The notes under the pieces: model-generated
What the model was told of the DNA's origin: nothing
The model's input: only the letters and a program-made list of their open reading frames with translations
The model's database searches: none
Position numbers and translations under genes: made by a program
IMG/VR virus record: IMGVR_UViG_3300005282_000001
Location: 12,576-76,575 of that record
Source of the DNA: a virus
Taxonomy: Duplodnaviria > Caudoviricetes
Length of the DNA stretch: 64,000 nucleotides
Strand: one strand, 5' to 3'
Shown: positions 26,990 to 37,200 of the stretch, one piece after another
Layout: the number at the start of each line of letters is the position of its first letter
Numbering within the stretch: position 1 is the first letter of the stretch

Positions 26990-27283
26990 TCAGTGTTTCA
27001 TTAGTGTAATCACAGCACATACAGCAGCAATTACAGCAGGAAGAAACGCAAGGACTGCCCAGAGAACTGATATTTTATCTCGTGATTTCTTCAGTTCCTC
27101 TAGAACCTCATGGTCACGCTCTTGAGCAATCTTAAGTTGCTGTAAGGCTTTCTCTTGGGATTCCTTACGTTCCTCCTGTTGTACCTTTAGTACCGCTACG
27201 TCCTGTTGGGTCTTATGGACAGCTTCGGACATATCTGAAACCATCGCTAGTAATCTTGCGGTTAATTCGTCACTCATCAGCAT
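26990..27283 (-). CDS. Coiled-coil protein with C-terminal TM helix (XhlA/holin-accessory-like)
   Basis: Heptad-rich middle, hydrophobic C-terminus. Confidence 0.55.
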   Translation of the reverse strand: MLMSDELTARLLAMVSDMSEAVHKTQQDVAVLKVQQEERKESQEKALQQLKIAQERDHEVLEELKKSRDKISVLWAVLAFLPAVIAAVCAVITLMKH

Positions 27284-27319
27284 CCTCTCGTTTCTTGTGG
27301 AATCCTATTGGCTCAAATT

Positions 27320-27655
27320 TTAAGACAATTGACCCGACTCTAACACATTAGATGCACTACTAAAGTCAGATAATGTTTTTAAATACTCATAGCCTTGTTT
27401 TATAAAATTGGTTGCAGAATCCGTCACCGTAGGCACAAACGAATAATTTTTTGTCTCCAAAACCGTCTGTGTAGTATAACTTTTGTATAAGGTAACTACC
27501 ATGTTTATTGCATTTTTATCACCGCTGATGTAGGTTATTTTTGCATAACAACCACTAATAGTGACGTTTTGGTCAATCGTAGAACTTTGACCAAAGGTCG
27601 TTGCATCAATACAAGTATATTCCAAGGTTTTTGCGTAGCTTAATTGTAATCCCAT
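27320..27655 (-). CDS. Probable tail fibre chaperone/assembly protein
   Basis: Directly downstream of RBP; ends NFIKQGYEYLKTL. Confidence 0.5.
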   Translation of the reverse strand: MGLQLSYAKTLEYTCIDATTFGQSSTIDQNVTISGCYAKITYISGDKNAINMVVTLYKSYTTQTVLETKNYSFVPTVTDSATNFIKQGYEYLKTLSDFSSASNVLESGQLS

Positions 27656-27670
27656 ATATAATCCCCCTTT

Positions 27671-29902
27671 TTAAATTAAAGTATAAACAGTTCCCAGCGA
27701 TGCTAAACTACTAACCACCGTTCCCGGTGTAGCTGGTTGAATGTACGCTACATTACCCATCTGGTGTGCAGACATAAAGCATATAGACAAACCTTGTGAC
27801 GCGTAATCAATGTTTGTATAAATTCCATAAACGCCGCTGCCTTTATTGACCATAAATATGTTCCTTGTCGTAGCTAGTAGGTTGTTTATCAGTTTGGCAC
27901 TGTAGGAATACAGTGTTGACGTAACCCTTACTTTCGCTTCATACACAGCATCATAACCGTCATTTAAAGGGTCTATCAGGTGGAAGATAGTAGATACCGT
28001 TTTGTATGATCCCGTGATAACAATATCAAAAAGCCATGCATAACCAGTGCTCATGTTGTCGTTTCCTAATAAAAGATTCTCACGCATTATATTATTATTT
28101 GTAGGGAAAAGCGCGCCATCGTCTCTTCCTTCAAACACATAAACTTTGTTCCGAATCGGTGTAGCTATAAAGTTAATTGCATTTCCTCCGCTTGCAACTA
28201 TTTTTAAGTATTTAGAGTAATCATTGGTAAATCGGAAGGCCGTTTTTTTTACCCCATAGGTATTTACAATATTATCTATTTCTAATCCTGCTGTTTCTGA
28301 TACTAAAAACTGTGAATTGGGTTCAACATTCAAAACTTCCAATACGTTACCAGTTGACCCAACTGTTGGAGTTACAGAGTTAGCAAAAGGTAAATAGTTA
28401 TAGGTTCCACCAGCATCGCGTGGCGCCCCTTCTTGGTACGTTATGGCAAAATCACTTACTTTTGATATAGTGTTTTTCATTTTATCGTCATCGCACCATA
28501 ATATCGTTCCATGGCGTATTTGTCCGAAATTTGTTACATTGTCGTGCTTTAACATTTTATAATTTGTAAAGGTTATCAAATCATTTGACTCACAATATGC
28601 GTAGTTACCTCTTCCATAATTAGAGGCACTTGCGTATCTATCTGCCCATAACTTCCATCGCCCGTTTACGTACTCAATGCAAGGTCCTTCTGCGTGATCA
28701 TTAAATACTGTAGACGTTATTTTTTTCCAACCCGATAATATGTTTGTAGATGTGAATATTTCAATAGTCATCGCTGGTTCATTTTTTACAGCCATATAAT
28801 ACGTATTATCAACCTTACGAATTGTGGCATCGATATGGCTTCTATTTGTGCTTAAATTAGTTGTATCTGTTCCATCCCATAGTGTTAACTTTGTTGGTTC
28901 GCCGAAAGTCAATGTATTTAAATCAGTGCATTTGCATAAGTAAATATCAAATGCACCTAAAGCATCACTGTCAGCAGCGATAACACAATATAAGGTTCCA
29001 TCATCGTCAAAAAATAAATCTGGTGCCCATCTGTTGCAATAACCCCAGGTAGTAGAAGTATACACCCCTAGCGACGGATAATAGTCAACCCAATTAATTA
29101 AATCGTCAGATATAAACATACGACAGTCATACGCCGAACTATCTTGGTTTGACGTAGCAAGGTAAAATTTACCATTGTAGTAAGCTATTGATGGGTCTCC
29201 AACATTATAATTATCCCCTATTTTTACAGACTTATTGAACTGCGTAAAATTAATCCCATCCCGACTTAAATAGAATTTCACTATCCTTGTTGATGTATTA
29301 TCTCCCGAGGTCAAGTTATCGAAGAATACAGATAGATAAAAACTGTCAACATATTTATTTGCTGACTTAGATTCCTTTTTATCTACTATGGATATTTCTG
29401 AACTATTTACTGGAACTTTTATATAATAAAGGTGAATACCATTTGTAGTCACGGGAGGAATAGGATGATTTGCGGCAACCCCAGCTACATAAGTAACTAC
29501 CCCAGCGTTCGAAAGATACACCACATCAATCCTTGGGTTTGTTGCATCTGCTTGATCTATAGTTACTAAAGTTTCCCCAACATTATATCTGACCCCATTA
29601 GGCATATGTGCGATTCCAGCAGCAACCGTAAAGTTATACCCAATATTACTTGCGTTAAATCCGCTGATTACCCCGTACCCTGTAGATTCCTCTAGAGATA
29701 ACTGTGCAATGTCTGTAGTATACGTTTTGTCACTTTGGAGAATCTCTTGTACCCCTGCGGCACTTGTAGCTGCATTAGTTGCACTTGTAGCTGCGCTCGC
29801 GGCACTTGTAGCTGCATTAGTTGCACTTGTAACTGCCGCTGCCGCTGATGCTTCTGCTGATGCCTGTGCATCTCCATCTACAATTATATCGAAATCTGCC
29901 AT
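27671..29902 (-). CDS. Receptor-binding/tail fibre protein with GH43/GH32-like five-bladed propeller domain
   Basis: Ala/Ser/Thr stalk; GDPSIAYYNGKFYLA, WAPDLF, IDATI, EGP motifs; RBS before MADFDI at 29902. Confidence 0.8.
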   Translation of the reverse strand: MADFDIIVDGDAQASAEASAAAAVTSATNAATSAASAATSATNAATSAAGVQEILQSDKTYTTDIAQLSLEESTGYGVISGFNASNIGYNFTVAAGIAHMPNGVRYNVGETLVTIDQADATNPRIDVVYLSNAGVVTYVAGVAANHPIPPVTTNGIHLYYIKVPVNSSEISIVDKKESKSANKYVDSFYLSVFFDNLTSGDNTSTRIVKFYLSRDGINFTQFNKSVKIGDNYNVGDPSIAYYNGKFYLATSNQDSSAYDCRMFISDDLINWVDYYPSLGVYTSTTWGYCNRWAPDLFFDDDGTLYCVIAADSDALGAFDIYLCKCTDLNTLTFGEPTKLTLWDGTDTTNLSTNRSHIDATIRKVDNTYYMAVKNEPAMTIEIFTSTNILSGWKKITSTVFNDHAEGPCIEYVNGRWKLWADRYASASNYGRGNYAYCESNDLITFTNYKMLKHDNVTNFGQIRHGTILWCDDDKMKNTISKVSDFAITYQEGAPRDAGGTYNYLPFANSVTPTVGSTGNVLEVLNVEPNSQFLVSETAGLEIDNIVNTYGVKKTAFRFTNDYSKYLKIVASGGNAINFIATPIRNKVYVFEGRDDGALFPTNNNIMRENLLLGNDNMSTGYAWLFDIVITGSYKTVSTIFHLIDPLNDGYDAVYEAKVRVTSTLYSYSAKLINNLLATTRNIFMVNKGSGVYGIYTNIDYASQGLSICFMSAHQMGNVAYIQPATPGTVVSSLASLGTVYTLI
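29757..29836 (-). repeat. 42-nt period coding repeat (AATSATNAATSAAS stalk)
   Basis: gcggcacttgtagctgcattagttgcacttgtarctgc occurs twice. Confidence 0.85.
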
Positions 29903-29915
29903 GTAATCACTCCTT

Positions 29916-30290
29916 CTATTTTGTGGTCGCCGGTGATACAAAAGCATACCCTTGTAACACGCGATACCTTACTCCACTTGTGTCTATCATAAGCAAATCA
30001 TATGGGTACTGTGATTTATCTCCCCAAGAACTACCTGTGATTATTAGTGATGCTGTTAAGCTGTACCCTATGGATAACTTAAATATCCCATTGATAGCAT
30101 CTGTAATCGTAACGGTAACTGGAATAGTTACTGTTGAACTTGTGGGCTTCTCACGAATCTGACAGGTCGCTGTGTATCCTGTTAAATCTCTAGTTGCACC
30201 AGTATCCGTGTATTTCCATTGGAAACTTTTAGAATAGTCAGCTCCCTGTTGAATCTGTAGATCGTACCCTTGTAGCCTTTTGATTTTCAT
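29916..30290 (-). CDS. Baseplate/fibre anchor protein (BppU-N/LtfC-like)
   Basis: DLQIQQGADY...DLTGYTATCQIR...YDLLMID...RVLQG. Confidence 0.6.
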   Translation of the reverse strand: MKIKRLQGYDLQIQQGADYSKSFQWKYTDTGATRDLTGYTATCQIREKPTSSTVTIPVTVTITDAINGIFKLSIGYSLTASLIITGSSWGDKSQYPYDLLMIDTSGVRYRVLQGYAFVSPATTK

Positions 30291-30302
30291 AAGATTCCTC
30301 CT

Positions 30303-32561
30303 TTACGCTAGAACTGTCACAGAGAATTCATTGGCAACCGTAGGGGCTTCTGTGAATGTTATAGATATACTATTGGTATCAATAATAGATACCGTGGGGT
30401 ACACTACGTCATATGGTGTGGTAGCTCTGCGGACACTATTGATTATGTTAGTTGTCCCTAGGTTATGCGTTACAGTATATGTCAAGTCTGTAGTATTACC
30501 GATGGTTGTTGTGTACTTTCTAGTGGTCGCCGCGATTCCATTAACATACACGGATTCTACACTAGATGCATCTGAATAAACTCCTGCGGTATTTTCTGCA
30601 ATTACCTTGTATTCATAAGTTTTATTACTAAGAACCCCTCTGTGAACAAAAGTATTCGTTACAGAATACCCTGCGATTTGCCATGTAACTCCACTGTCAA
30701 TACTGTAGTATACGATGTACTGTTTGAGGAAATAACTATTGAGATTATCCCAAGAAGTTGTTATACTATACACATATGATCCATCGGTTTGCTGATAGTA
30801 GCTATCGTCTCCTGTGACGTTCTGCACTTGTCCCATAGAACTCGTGAGGGCACTCCCAGTTGCTATATAGTTACCTATGGATATCTGTGCTCCAAAAGCA
30901 TCATCATAGATACTCGAGTTATACTGCTGAGCCTGTAGTTTCCACTTGCCATTCTCTTCAGATGTACTTAAGATTCTAAAAGGCATTCCAGATAGAGCTC
31001 TGTAGTTAATCGTAACAATGTCACCAGGTTGCAAGTGCATAGCAAATGTCCCTGTAGTAAATCCTAAGATAGCTCCATTGAGTCTATTGATTGCCTTGTA
31101 AATTCTGCCGAGCCTTAGAGCTTGCCCTTGGTTCGTACAGCCTTGTAAGGGTACTTCTTTGGGTATTATAGCTCCTCTAGACTCTTGGTCAGCATTATCA
31201 TTCACTTGTACAGATATCTGTGCCCAGTTCTGAGCAGGATCATAGTATTTTATAGAGTACTGGTTAGGACAATTTGTGAGCCCATCATAGTCAAACTTAA
31301 CTTCTGACATGTTATTCTCATTGAATACATATGAAGATGTCTCTTGTTTTTCCATGCGACAGTATATCTTATCACCTGAGATACTTAAGAACCCACCGAA
31401 TATCGCAAGGATATCTTGGATATTCTCTATGTGTTTTCTCTTTTGAGCCAATATGAGGTTCAATGTATACCTTGGTTCTGACACAGTAATTCCATAGGCA
31501 TCCGTGTATGTTATGGTAGCATCACAGTAATCCGCACATTCCTCAAATGAATCCGTATCGAGATTACTTGAGTCCAACCAGCGACCCATGCCATACCTTT
31601 TGTTCAGCAGATAGTCTCTTAAGCACATCGCAGGATTCTCTGAGTAAGCCGTTGTGGAAGTTCTAGTGTCATACACAAGTTTCCCTTTGATTATACATGC
31701 GATGTTAGGATTACTATAGGACAATGTTGATGTAGCCACTAGGTTCGCACGAATCCATGAGGTATTCTTATAGGACCCTGTGGTTGTGTAGTTACTCGGA
31801 GGAGTCTGTGAAGAATTCCCTGTGTACACCGTATAGGTCGATGAGGTTTCCTGTGTCCCCTTGATAGCTGTAGGGTTCTTATAGCAATTCGTTGTGGTAA
31901 TACTAGAGATATTCTCAGGAGCTATTGAACTCCCGCAGTAGTTTAAGACTCTCCAACCATTCCCAAGTTTCTCTATGTGTTGCACAAATAGTCCTATGTT
32001 ACAACAGAAGTCATTCGAGGAGTCACTTGCGATATCTACAGCACCCTGCATGTTAATCGTGGTGGTAGCTCCATTAGCAACCAATGTCATTCTCTTGTCA
32101 TTGCCTGTTGGACTATTGGTCTGATGAATTTCTACAGTAGCATCAGAGTACGCTATGTTTTCTATCTCGAATACCGTTTGATTTCCTCCGATGAGCAAGC
32201 AGTTCGCAGTGACCCCTTGGACACCTTTGATTTCTCCTTCGGCTATCACAACATCTTTCTTCATGGTACTTGCGGATGAACCAGAGGCTTGCCATGTAAT
32301 CAATGGTCCATTGTACTGTCTTGTTCCGTATACTATTGGAATCATCTGGTCATTTGCTATGGAGTTCGTTGAGGTACTAAAGGAATACGATTGACTAGCT
32401 CCAGTATGCGTAGCAGTCCATATGGAACTCATAAGAGATGCTCCGTATAACCCTGCGCCAAAAGAGTTCCCGACCATCCCAAACACCTTTTGCCCCCATC
32501 CGCCAGCTCCTATGAAAAAGCCACCGATGGTGAATAGCGTCTTTCCTGTAGATTTTCCCAT
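30303..32561 (-). CDS. Central tail hub / host specificity protein (lambda J-like) with FN3 domain
   Basis: IPIVYG, SENPAMCLRDYL, RYTLN, PNQYSIKYYDP, FN3-like YEYKVIAEN. Confidence 0.85.
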   Translation of the reverse strand: MGKSTGKTLFTIGGFFIGAGGWGQKVFGMVGNSFGAGLYGASLMSSIWTATHTGASQSYSFSTSTNSIANDQMIPIVYGTRQYNGPLITWQASGSSASTMKKDVVIAEGEIKGVQGVTANCLLIGGNQTVFEIENIAYSDATVEIHQTNSPTGNDKRMTLVANGATTTINMQGAVDIASDSSNDFCCNIGLFVQHIEKLGNGWRVLNYCGSSIAPENISSITTTNCYKNPTAIKGTQETSSTYTVYTGNSSQTPPSNYTTTGSYKNTSWIRANLVATSTLSYSNPNIACIIKGKLVYDTRTSTTAYSENPAMCLRDYLLNKRYGMGRWLDSSNLDTDSFEECADYCDATITYTDAYGITVSEPRYTLNLILAQKRKHIENIQDILAIFGGFLSISGDKIYCRMEKQETSSYVFNENNMSEVKFDYDGLTNCPNQYSIKYYDPAQNWAQISVQVNDNADQESRGAIIPKEVPLQGCTNQGQALRLGRIYKAINRLNGAILGFTTGTFAMHLQPGDIVTINYRALSGMPFRILSTSEENGKWKLQAQQYNSSIYDDAFGAQISIGNYIATGSALTSSMGQVQNVTGDDSYYQQTDGSYVYSITTSWDNLNSYFLKQYIVYYSIDSGVTWQIAGYSVTNTFVHRGVLSNKTYEYKVIAENTAGVYSDASSVESVYVNGIAATTRKYTTTIGNTTDLTYTVTHNLGTTNIINSVRRATTPYDVVYPTVSIIDTNSISITFTEAPTVANEFSVTVLA

Positions 32562-32580
32562 ATATTACCATCCTCCTTTC

Positions 32581-33411
32581 TTAAGTTTTAATCATGTAAT
32601 CCAAAGCAACCGCTGGGAATCCCCCAAAGTTACTTGTGTTATTGTGTCGAGTACAATCGGTGTACGTGTGGTCACATCCAGTGCTCATGGTATAAGAGGT
32701 TCCTACAGTTGGCGTGGAGTAAAATGGGAACTCTACAGTAACACTTCCAACAGCTGAACTAAGGATTTTCTTAGTCTCATAGGAAATTGTTATAGTCCCA
32801 TTCTTCCAGTACCCAGCAGTTTCCGTTATGGAATTATCATAGATAACATATTGGGTACTAGAGGATTTCACAGTACTCGTTTTGATTCCCTTGGTAGCCC
32901 CACATTCATCAGAATCACCAAACCATGCATTACAGTTCACTCCAACTATCCTACCAGCTTCTGTGTTAACCATACGTTGCGTAAGAGTTGTTGAGAATGT
33001 TGCCTTGTCCATATCAAGCGATGGAGCATCAATGTAGCCACTGAAGACATACTTATAGGCATCTTTGTTACTTAAGGAATCCGGATAGGCAATCTGATAG
33101 ATATCCACTTGTGAGCCACGGAAATCAAATGACTGCAATAGAGCGTTCATGAAGGCGTTGGATGCATCGGATATCGTAAGTGTTAAGTTGTCTATCTTGT
33201 TATCTAGAGTCTGCTTAAGTGATCCCCTTTGGATTGGTATGGGCTCATATGTCATTGGAGTGGAAGTCCCAGGTACATACCATTCCACTGGAACATCCAA
33301 ATTAGTGTAATGAAGTACTCCAGTTGCCAATGTAATTACATACACATCAACAAAGAATACCTCATATTTGTCCTTCATGTTCGCTAGAGTTACTGGAAGA
33401 ACCACACTCAT
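32581..33411 (-). CDS. Tail tip protein (lambda L-like)
   Basis: Cys cluster NCNAWFGDSDECG ... GCDHTYTDC ... NFGGFP. Confidence 0.85.
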   Translation of the reverse strand: MSVVLPVTLANMKDKYEVFFVDVYVITLATGVLHYTNLDVPVEWYVPGTSTPMTYEPIPIQRGSLKQTLDNKIDNLTLTISDASNAFMNALLQSFDFRGSQVDIYQIAYPDSLSNKDAYKYVFSGYIDAPSLDMDKATFSTTLTQRMVNTEAGRIVGVNCNAWFGDSDECGATKGIKTSTVKSSSTQYVIYDNSITETAGYWKNGTITISYETKKILSSAVGSVTVEFPFYSTPTVGTSYTMSTGCDHTYTDCTRHNNTSNFGGFPAVALDYMIKT

Positions 33412-33788
33412 GTATCATAGCATATCTTTAGTTTTACCTTGAGTGTGAACCCAACGATACCAAAGACATCTCCTGTTTCGTTAAGGGAATAATAGGTAAC
33501 TGGTGAGCAACCGTCTTCAGAGAATCTACAGGTATACTGAGTTGTGTTTGGGTATGGAGGAGTGTAATAGAACTGTATTCCACCAGGAGCATGAGATTCC
33601 CAGAAACTCATTACAGCCGTGTAGATATCTGCTGTTCCTCCTACAGTAAACTCATAAACCTTCTCAGTGTTCACAGATTTCCTTTGGACTTGCTCATAGG
33701 CTGAATCAAATTTAATCCTTACGTTCTGTGCAGTAAACGTAGGATTGAACCCTTGGCTTGCTATTGGTTTCCAAGTAAACGTATCCAT
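33408..33788 (-). CDS. Distal tail protein (lambda M-like)
   Basis: FTWKP, RIKFDSAYEQ, FWESH, FYYTPP; position. Confidence 0.75.
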   Translation of the reverse strand: MDTFTWKPIASQGFNPTFTAQNVRIKFDSAYEQVQRKSVNTEKVYEFTVGGTADIYTAVMSFWESHAPGGIQFYYTPPYPNTTQYTCRFSEDGCSPVTYYSLNETGDVFGIVGFTLKVKLKICYDT

Positions 33789-33794
33789 ATGCTA

Positions 33795-34220
33795 TCACCT
33801 CCTTCTGAATCCTATTTTGAACCCATGTCCCCAGAAGTCTCTATGGGACACAAAAGAACTTGAGGGATACTCCGATGTATCCCATTGTTCTCCATTTGGA
33901 AATGTCATGAGAACCTTACCATACTCTAGGTATATCCCGCAGTGCCCTTCGCCATTCAAGTGAAAGTACACTACGTCACCATAGGTGAGATTATGAACAT
34001 CCTTAACTTTTCTCATGTTCCTCATAAACCATTTGACCATCCTTAGGGGTTCCTTCTTGTACCAGTCATGTTCAAATGATCCATCGTATATCTCGGGTTT
34101 CCATTTGTTATCACTGTAGAATAACCTTACGAGTCCAATGCAATCTGCACCGTTCTTTGTGTGACCAGCGAACTCATAAGGTATCCCAATGTAATCACTT
34201 AGAGCTAAAGTCGTATCCAT
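33795..34220 (-). CDS. NlpC/P60 tail assembly protein (lambda K-like)
   Basis: YIGIPY, GADCIGLV, GDVVYF, HCGIYL. Confidence 0.85.
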   Translation of the reverse strand: MDTTLALSDYIGIPYEFAGHTKNGADCIGLVRLFYSDNKWKPEIYDGSFEHDWYKKEPLRMVKWFMRNMRKVKDVHNLTYGDVVYFHLNGEGHCGIYLEYGKVLMTFPNGEQWDTSEYPSSSFVSHRDFWGHGFKIGFRRR

Positions 34221-37200
34221 GTGCTGTCATCCTTTGTATCTGAGAATATAGAGAGTCATCAGTCTGCTGGTTATTCAATATAACTGCTTGTGGACTCTGC
34301 TGTTGTCCCTGTGTATTACCCATGTTCCCTAGCATCGTGAAGAGTATCTTGTTCTGTGCCCCTAGGAGCCCGTTAGTTTCCTTCATGGATAAGGTAGACT
34401 GCTGAGCTACCGATGTAGCCTGTTGAGCAATATTCTTGTTACTAAAGTTCGCCGTTAGCTCTCCCGATGTTACCCCAAGTTTACCAGCGGCGTAGTTCAA
34501 TAGGTTCCTTGAGTTACCTAAGTTTTTCTCGACAGGAATGATAACTTCCTTGCCATCCTCACCAGCGATACTTGGGGAATCTACAACACCACCATTGGCA
34601 TGGAAGAGTCCCGATAAGGAACCTAGGATTCCACTCCAGTTTGTCCCACTAGATTTCTGCTGGGTTACAGGGGTTGTGCTCTTGTTATTATTCGCAAGGA
34701 CATCAAGTAAATTCTTAGAGGTAAAATCGAAACCTGAGGAGCTCTTGGATTTATCTAAGTTTCCTAGCTTGCCTACAGCTGTCCCTAAGAGGTCTATACC
34801 AGTACTCACTAGAGTTGTATTGGAACTCTTTTTGCTACCCTGTAAGCCTCCTATAGCTTGTGCTAGGATACCTGGTGAATCATTCTTGACACCCATGAGA
34901 GCCTTGAGAGCATCATTAGCTAATTGTTTCCACAAGTTACCCCAGATATCTTGGATTTTCTTACCCTGCAAAAGTAACTCATTAGTTACATCATATACCC
35001 CTTGTTTCATCTTGGTACTGTAGGTGTCTGCAAGTTCCTTAGCGTTCTTAGTAGCTTCTTGGAGTTCCAAGTTATACTTTTTGAACTCTTCAGTTTGACT
35101 AGCGAATGACGATGCTTTTGTCATGTCATCCAATAGTTGCTTGAGAGCCTTAACTTTCTCTTGTGCGGCTTCAAGGTTTGTCGTAGATATCAATTGAGCG
35201 TTGTAAGGGCTTGTAGTGTTCCCTTGGACACCATATTGTGACATCTTTTGGTTATACTCAACTTCACTCATGCGTTGCTTGTAGCGAGCCTCAGGAGTTG
35301 CAAATGTATTCATCTGCTGTACCTGCTGTTGTAACTCAAGGTTCTTCACGCGCTCCTCTGACATCGTAGGGTCCGTGAAGACATCCACACCTTTACTCTT
35401 GGCATACGCTAGGGCTGCATTAGATGCCGCAAGCTTCTGCTGAGTTAACTGCTGAGCGTTTACAGCTTTGTCAGAGTCTGTTGCGTAATACCCAAGGGAT
35501 GCAAGAGATGTTCTGCTGGATAACTCAGCACGTTTCACTTGGTAACTTTCGATATCTTGGATACCTTTAATGAGCGTCTCATATTCCTTCTTGCGTTCCT
35601 CAGTAATTTGCTTTTGATACTCAGCAATTTTCTTCTGTTCCCCAGCGACTTGCTCGAGATACCCAATGAGCAACTGAGAATCCTTAATTTGTTCCTTATT
35701 GGCACTTATGAATTGCTTCTTGGATTCTGCTGACATCTTAGCCCATGCATCAGTAGATACACCAGCAGAATCAAGCACTTCTTGCGGGATACTTACGGAT
35801 ATCTGCTGTGTTGACATATCAGGTTGGCTATTGTATTCCTCCATAACCTTTCTGACATAGTCTTGAGTTTCAGCGTAAGGAGGAATCCCGCCGTACTTCT
35901 TTACAGCTCCACCACCTGCGTTATACCCAGCAACTGCTTTCTCAATGTCTCCGTTAAAGTCCTGTAGCAACTGAGCGATATAACTTACGCCACCCTCGAT
36001 ATTACCAGATAGATCATATGGATTAACCCCAAGTCCTTTAGCTGTATCTGGCATCAGTTGCATAACACCAATAGCACCTGCGCTGCTTACAGCTTCTTGG
36101 TTCTTACCAGACTCAACCTGCGCAATCGCTTGGGCTAACTTAGGGTCTACACCGTATTTTGCTGCCATATCATTTATAATCTGCTCAGTTTCTGTACTAG
36201 CAGATGGACCTGACATACTGATGGTTGCTCCAGTGCTACTTGCGAACTCATTAACTTTCTGTAGGTCACTCGTAAGTTGGTCGTTAAGAGCTGCTGTGGT
36301 AGTCTGTAGTTCAGTCACGCGTTTATTCATAGTGTCTGTGGTATCATTAAGGAACGCATATGATTTACCATAGCGATCCGTAGCCGCTGTAATGGAATCC
36401 AAACGAGCCTTGTAGTTATTCTGAGCGATTGCCGCTTGGTCTTCTATGGATTTCACATTGTAATTGTCAAGTTTCTTTTGTATTTCATCTGATTTATCCT
36501 GAGGAGCATTCTTGGGACCTTGGTTCTTCGGAGGCTTATTTTCAGCTATCTTGAGTCCACTAGGAACCTCTGAGAGCTTAAGTGATTGTCCTTTCAAATC
36601 TATGAGTTGCTTATCGAGTTCTGATTTCTTGTCTTGTAAATCTGCGGTTTCACCAGCGATATCCTTTTGGTAAGCCTCCTGTTGTGACTTAAGGCTCGCT
36701 TGTTCTTGCTCAAGTTGTCCCTGTAGTATTTCTCTACGGCGGCTAAGGATATCTGTGCTACCACCTTCGGACATCTGTTGGTCAATCTCATTGATTTGCT
36801 TCTGAAGGTCACTCACACCAGACTCAGCGTTTCCTATTTTCCACTCAGAATATTCCATTTGAATAGCTTTCCACCATCCAAGGTATTTCGCTTTGAGTTC
36901 AATAGAATTCTTGAAGTTATCCGCATCTTTCCAATAGTTCTCAATAGAAGTTGCAATAACATCTCTTTCAGATTCCAGTTCAGTTATCCTAGCGTCTACC
37001 ATTTGTTGCAACGCTTTTTTCTTAGCAGCAACTCCATCTTCAAATGCTTGTTTTTCTGTGTTATACGCATCAATTGACCAATTGGCATCCTTAATACGTT
37101 CTACAGCATCTTCCCCAAGAATTCTTGTGAGTTGCTTTTCAGTTTCCTGTTGATTCTCTACAGCTTTATTGTATTTTTCAGTTCCCTCAGCAGATCCACT

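Noticed and set aside
27320-32561. Diversity-generating retroelement acting on the RBP
   Set aside because: No reverse transcriptase and no template/variable repeat pair seen in the window.
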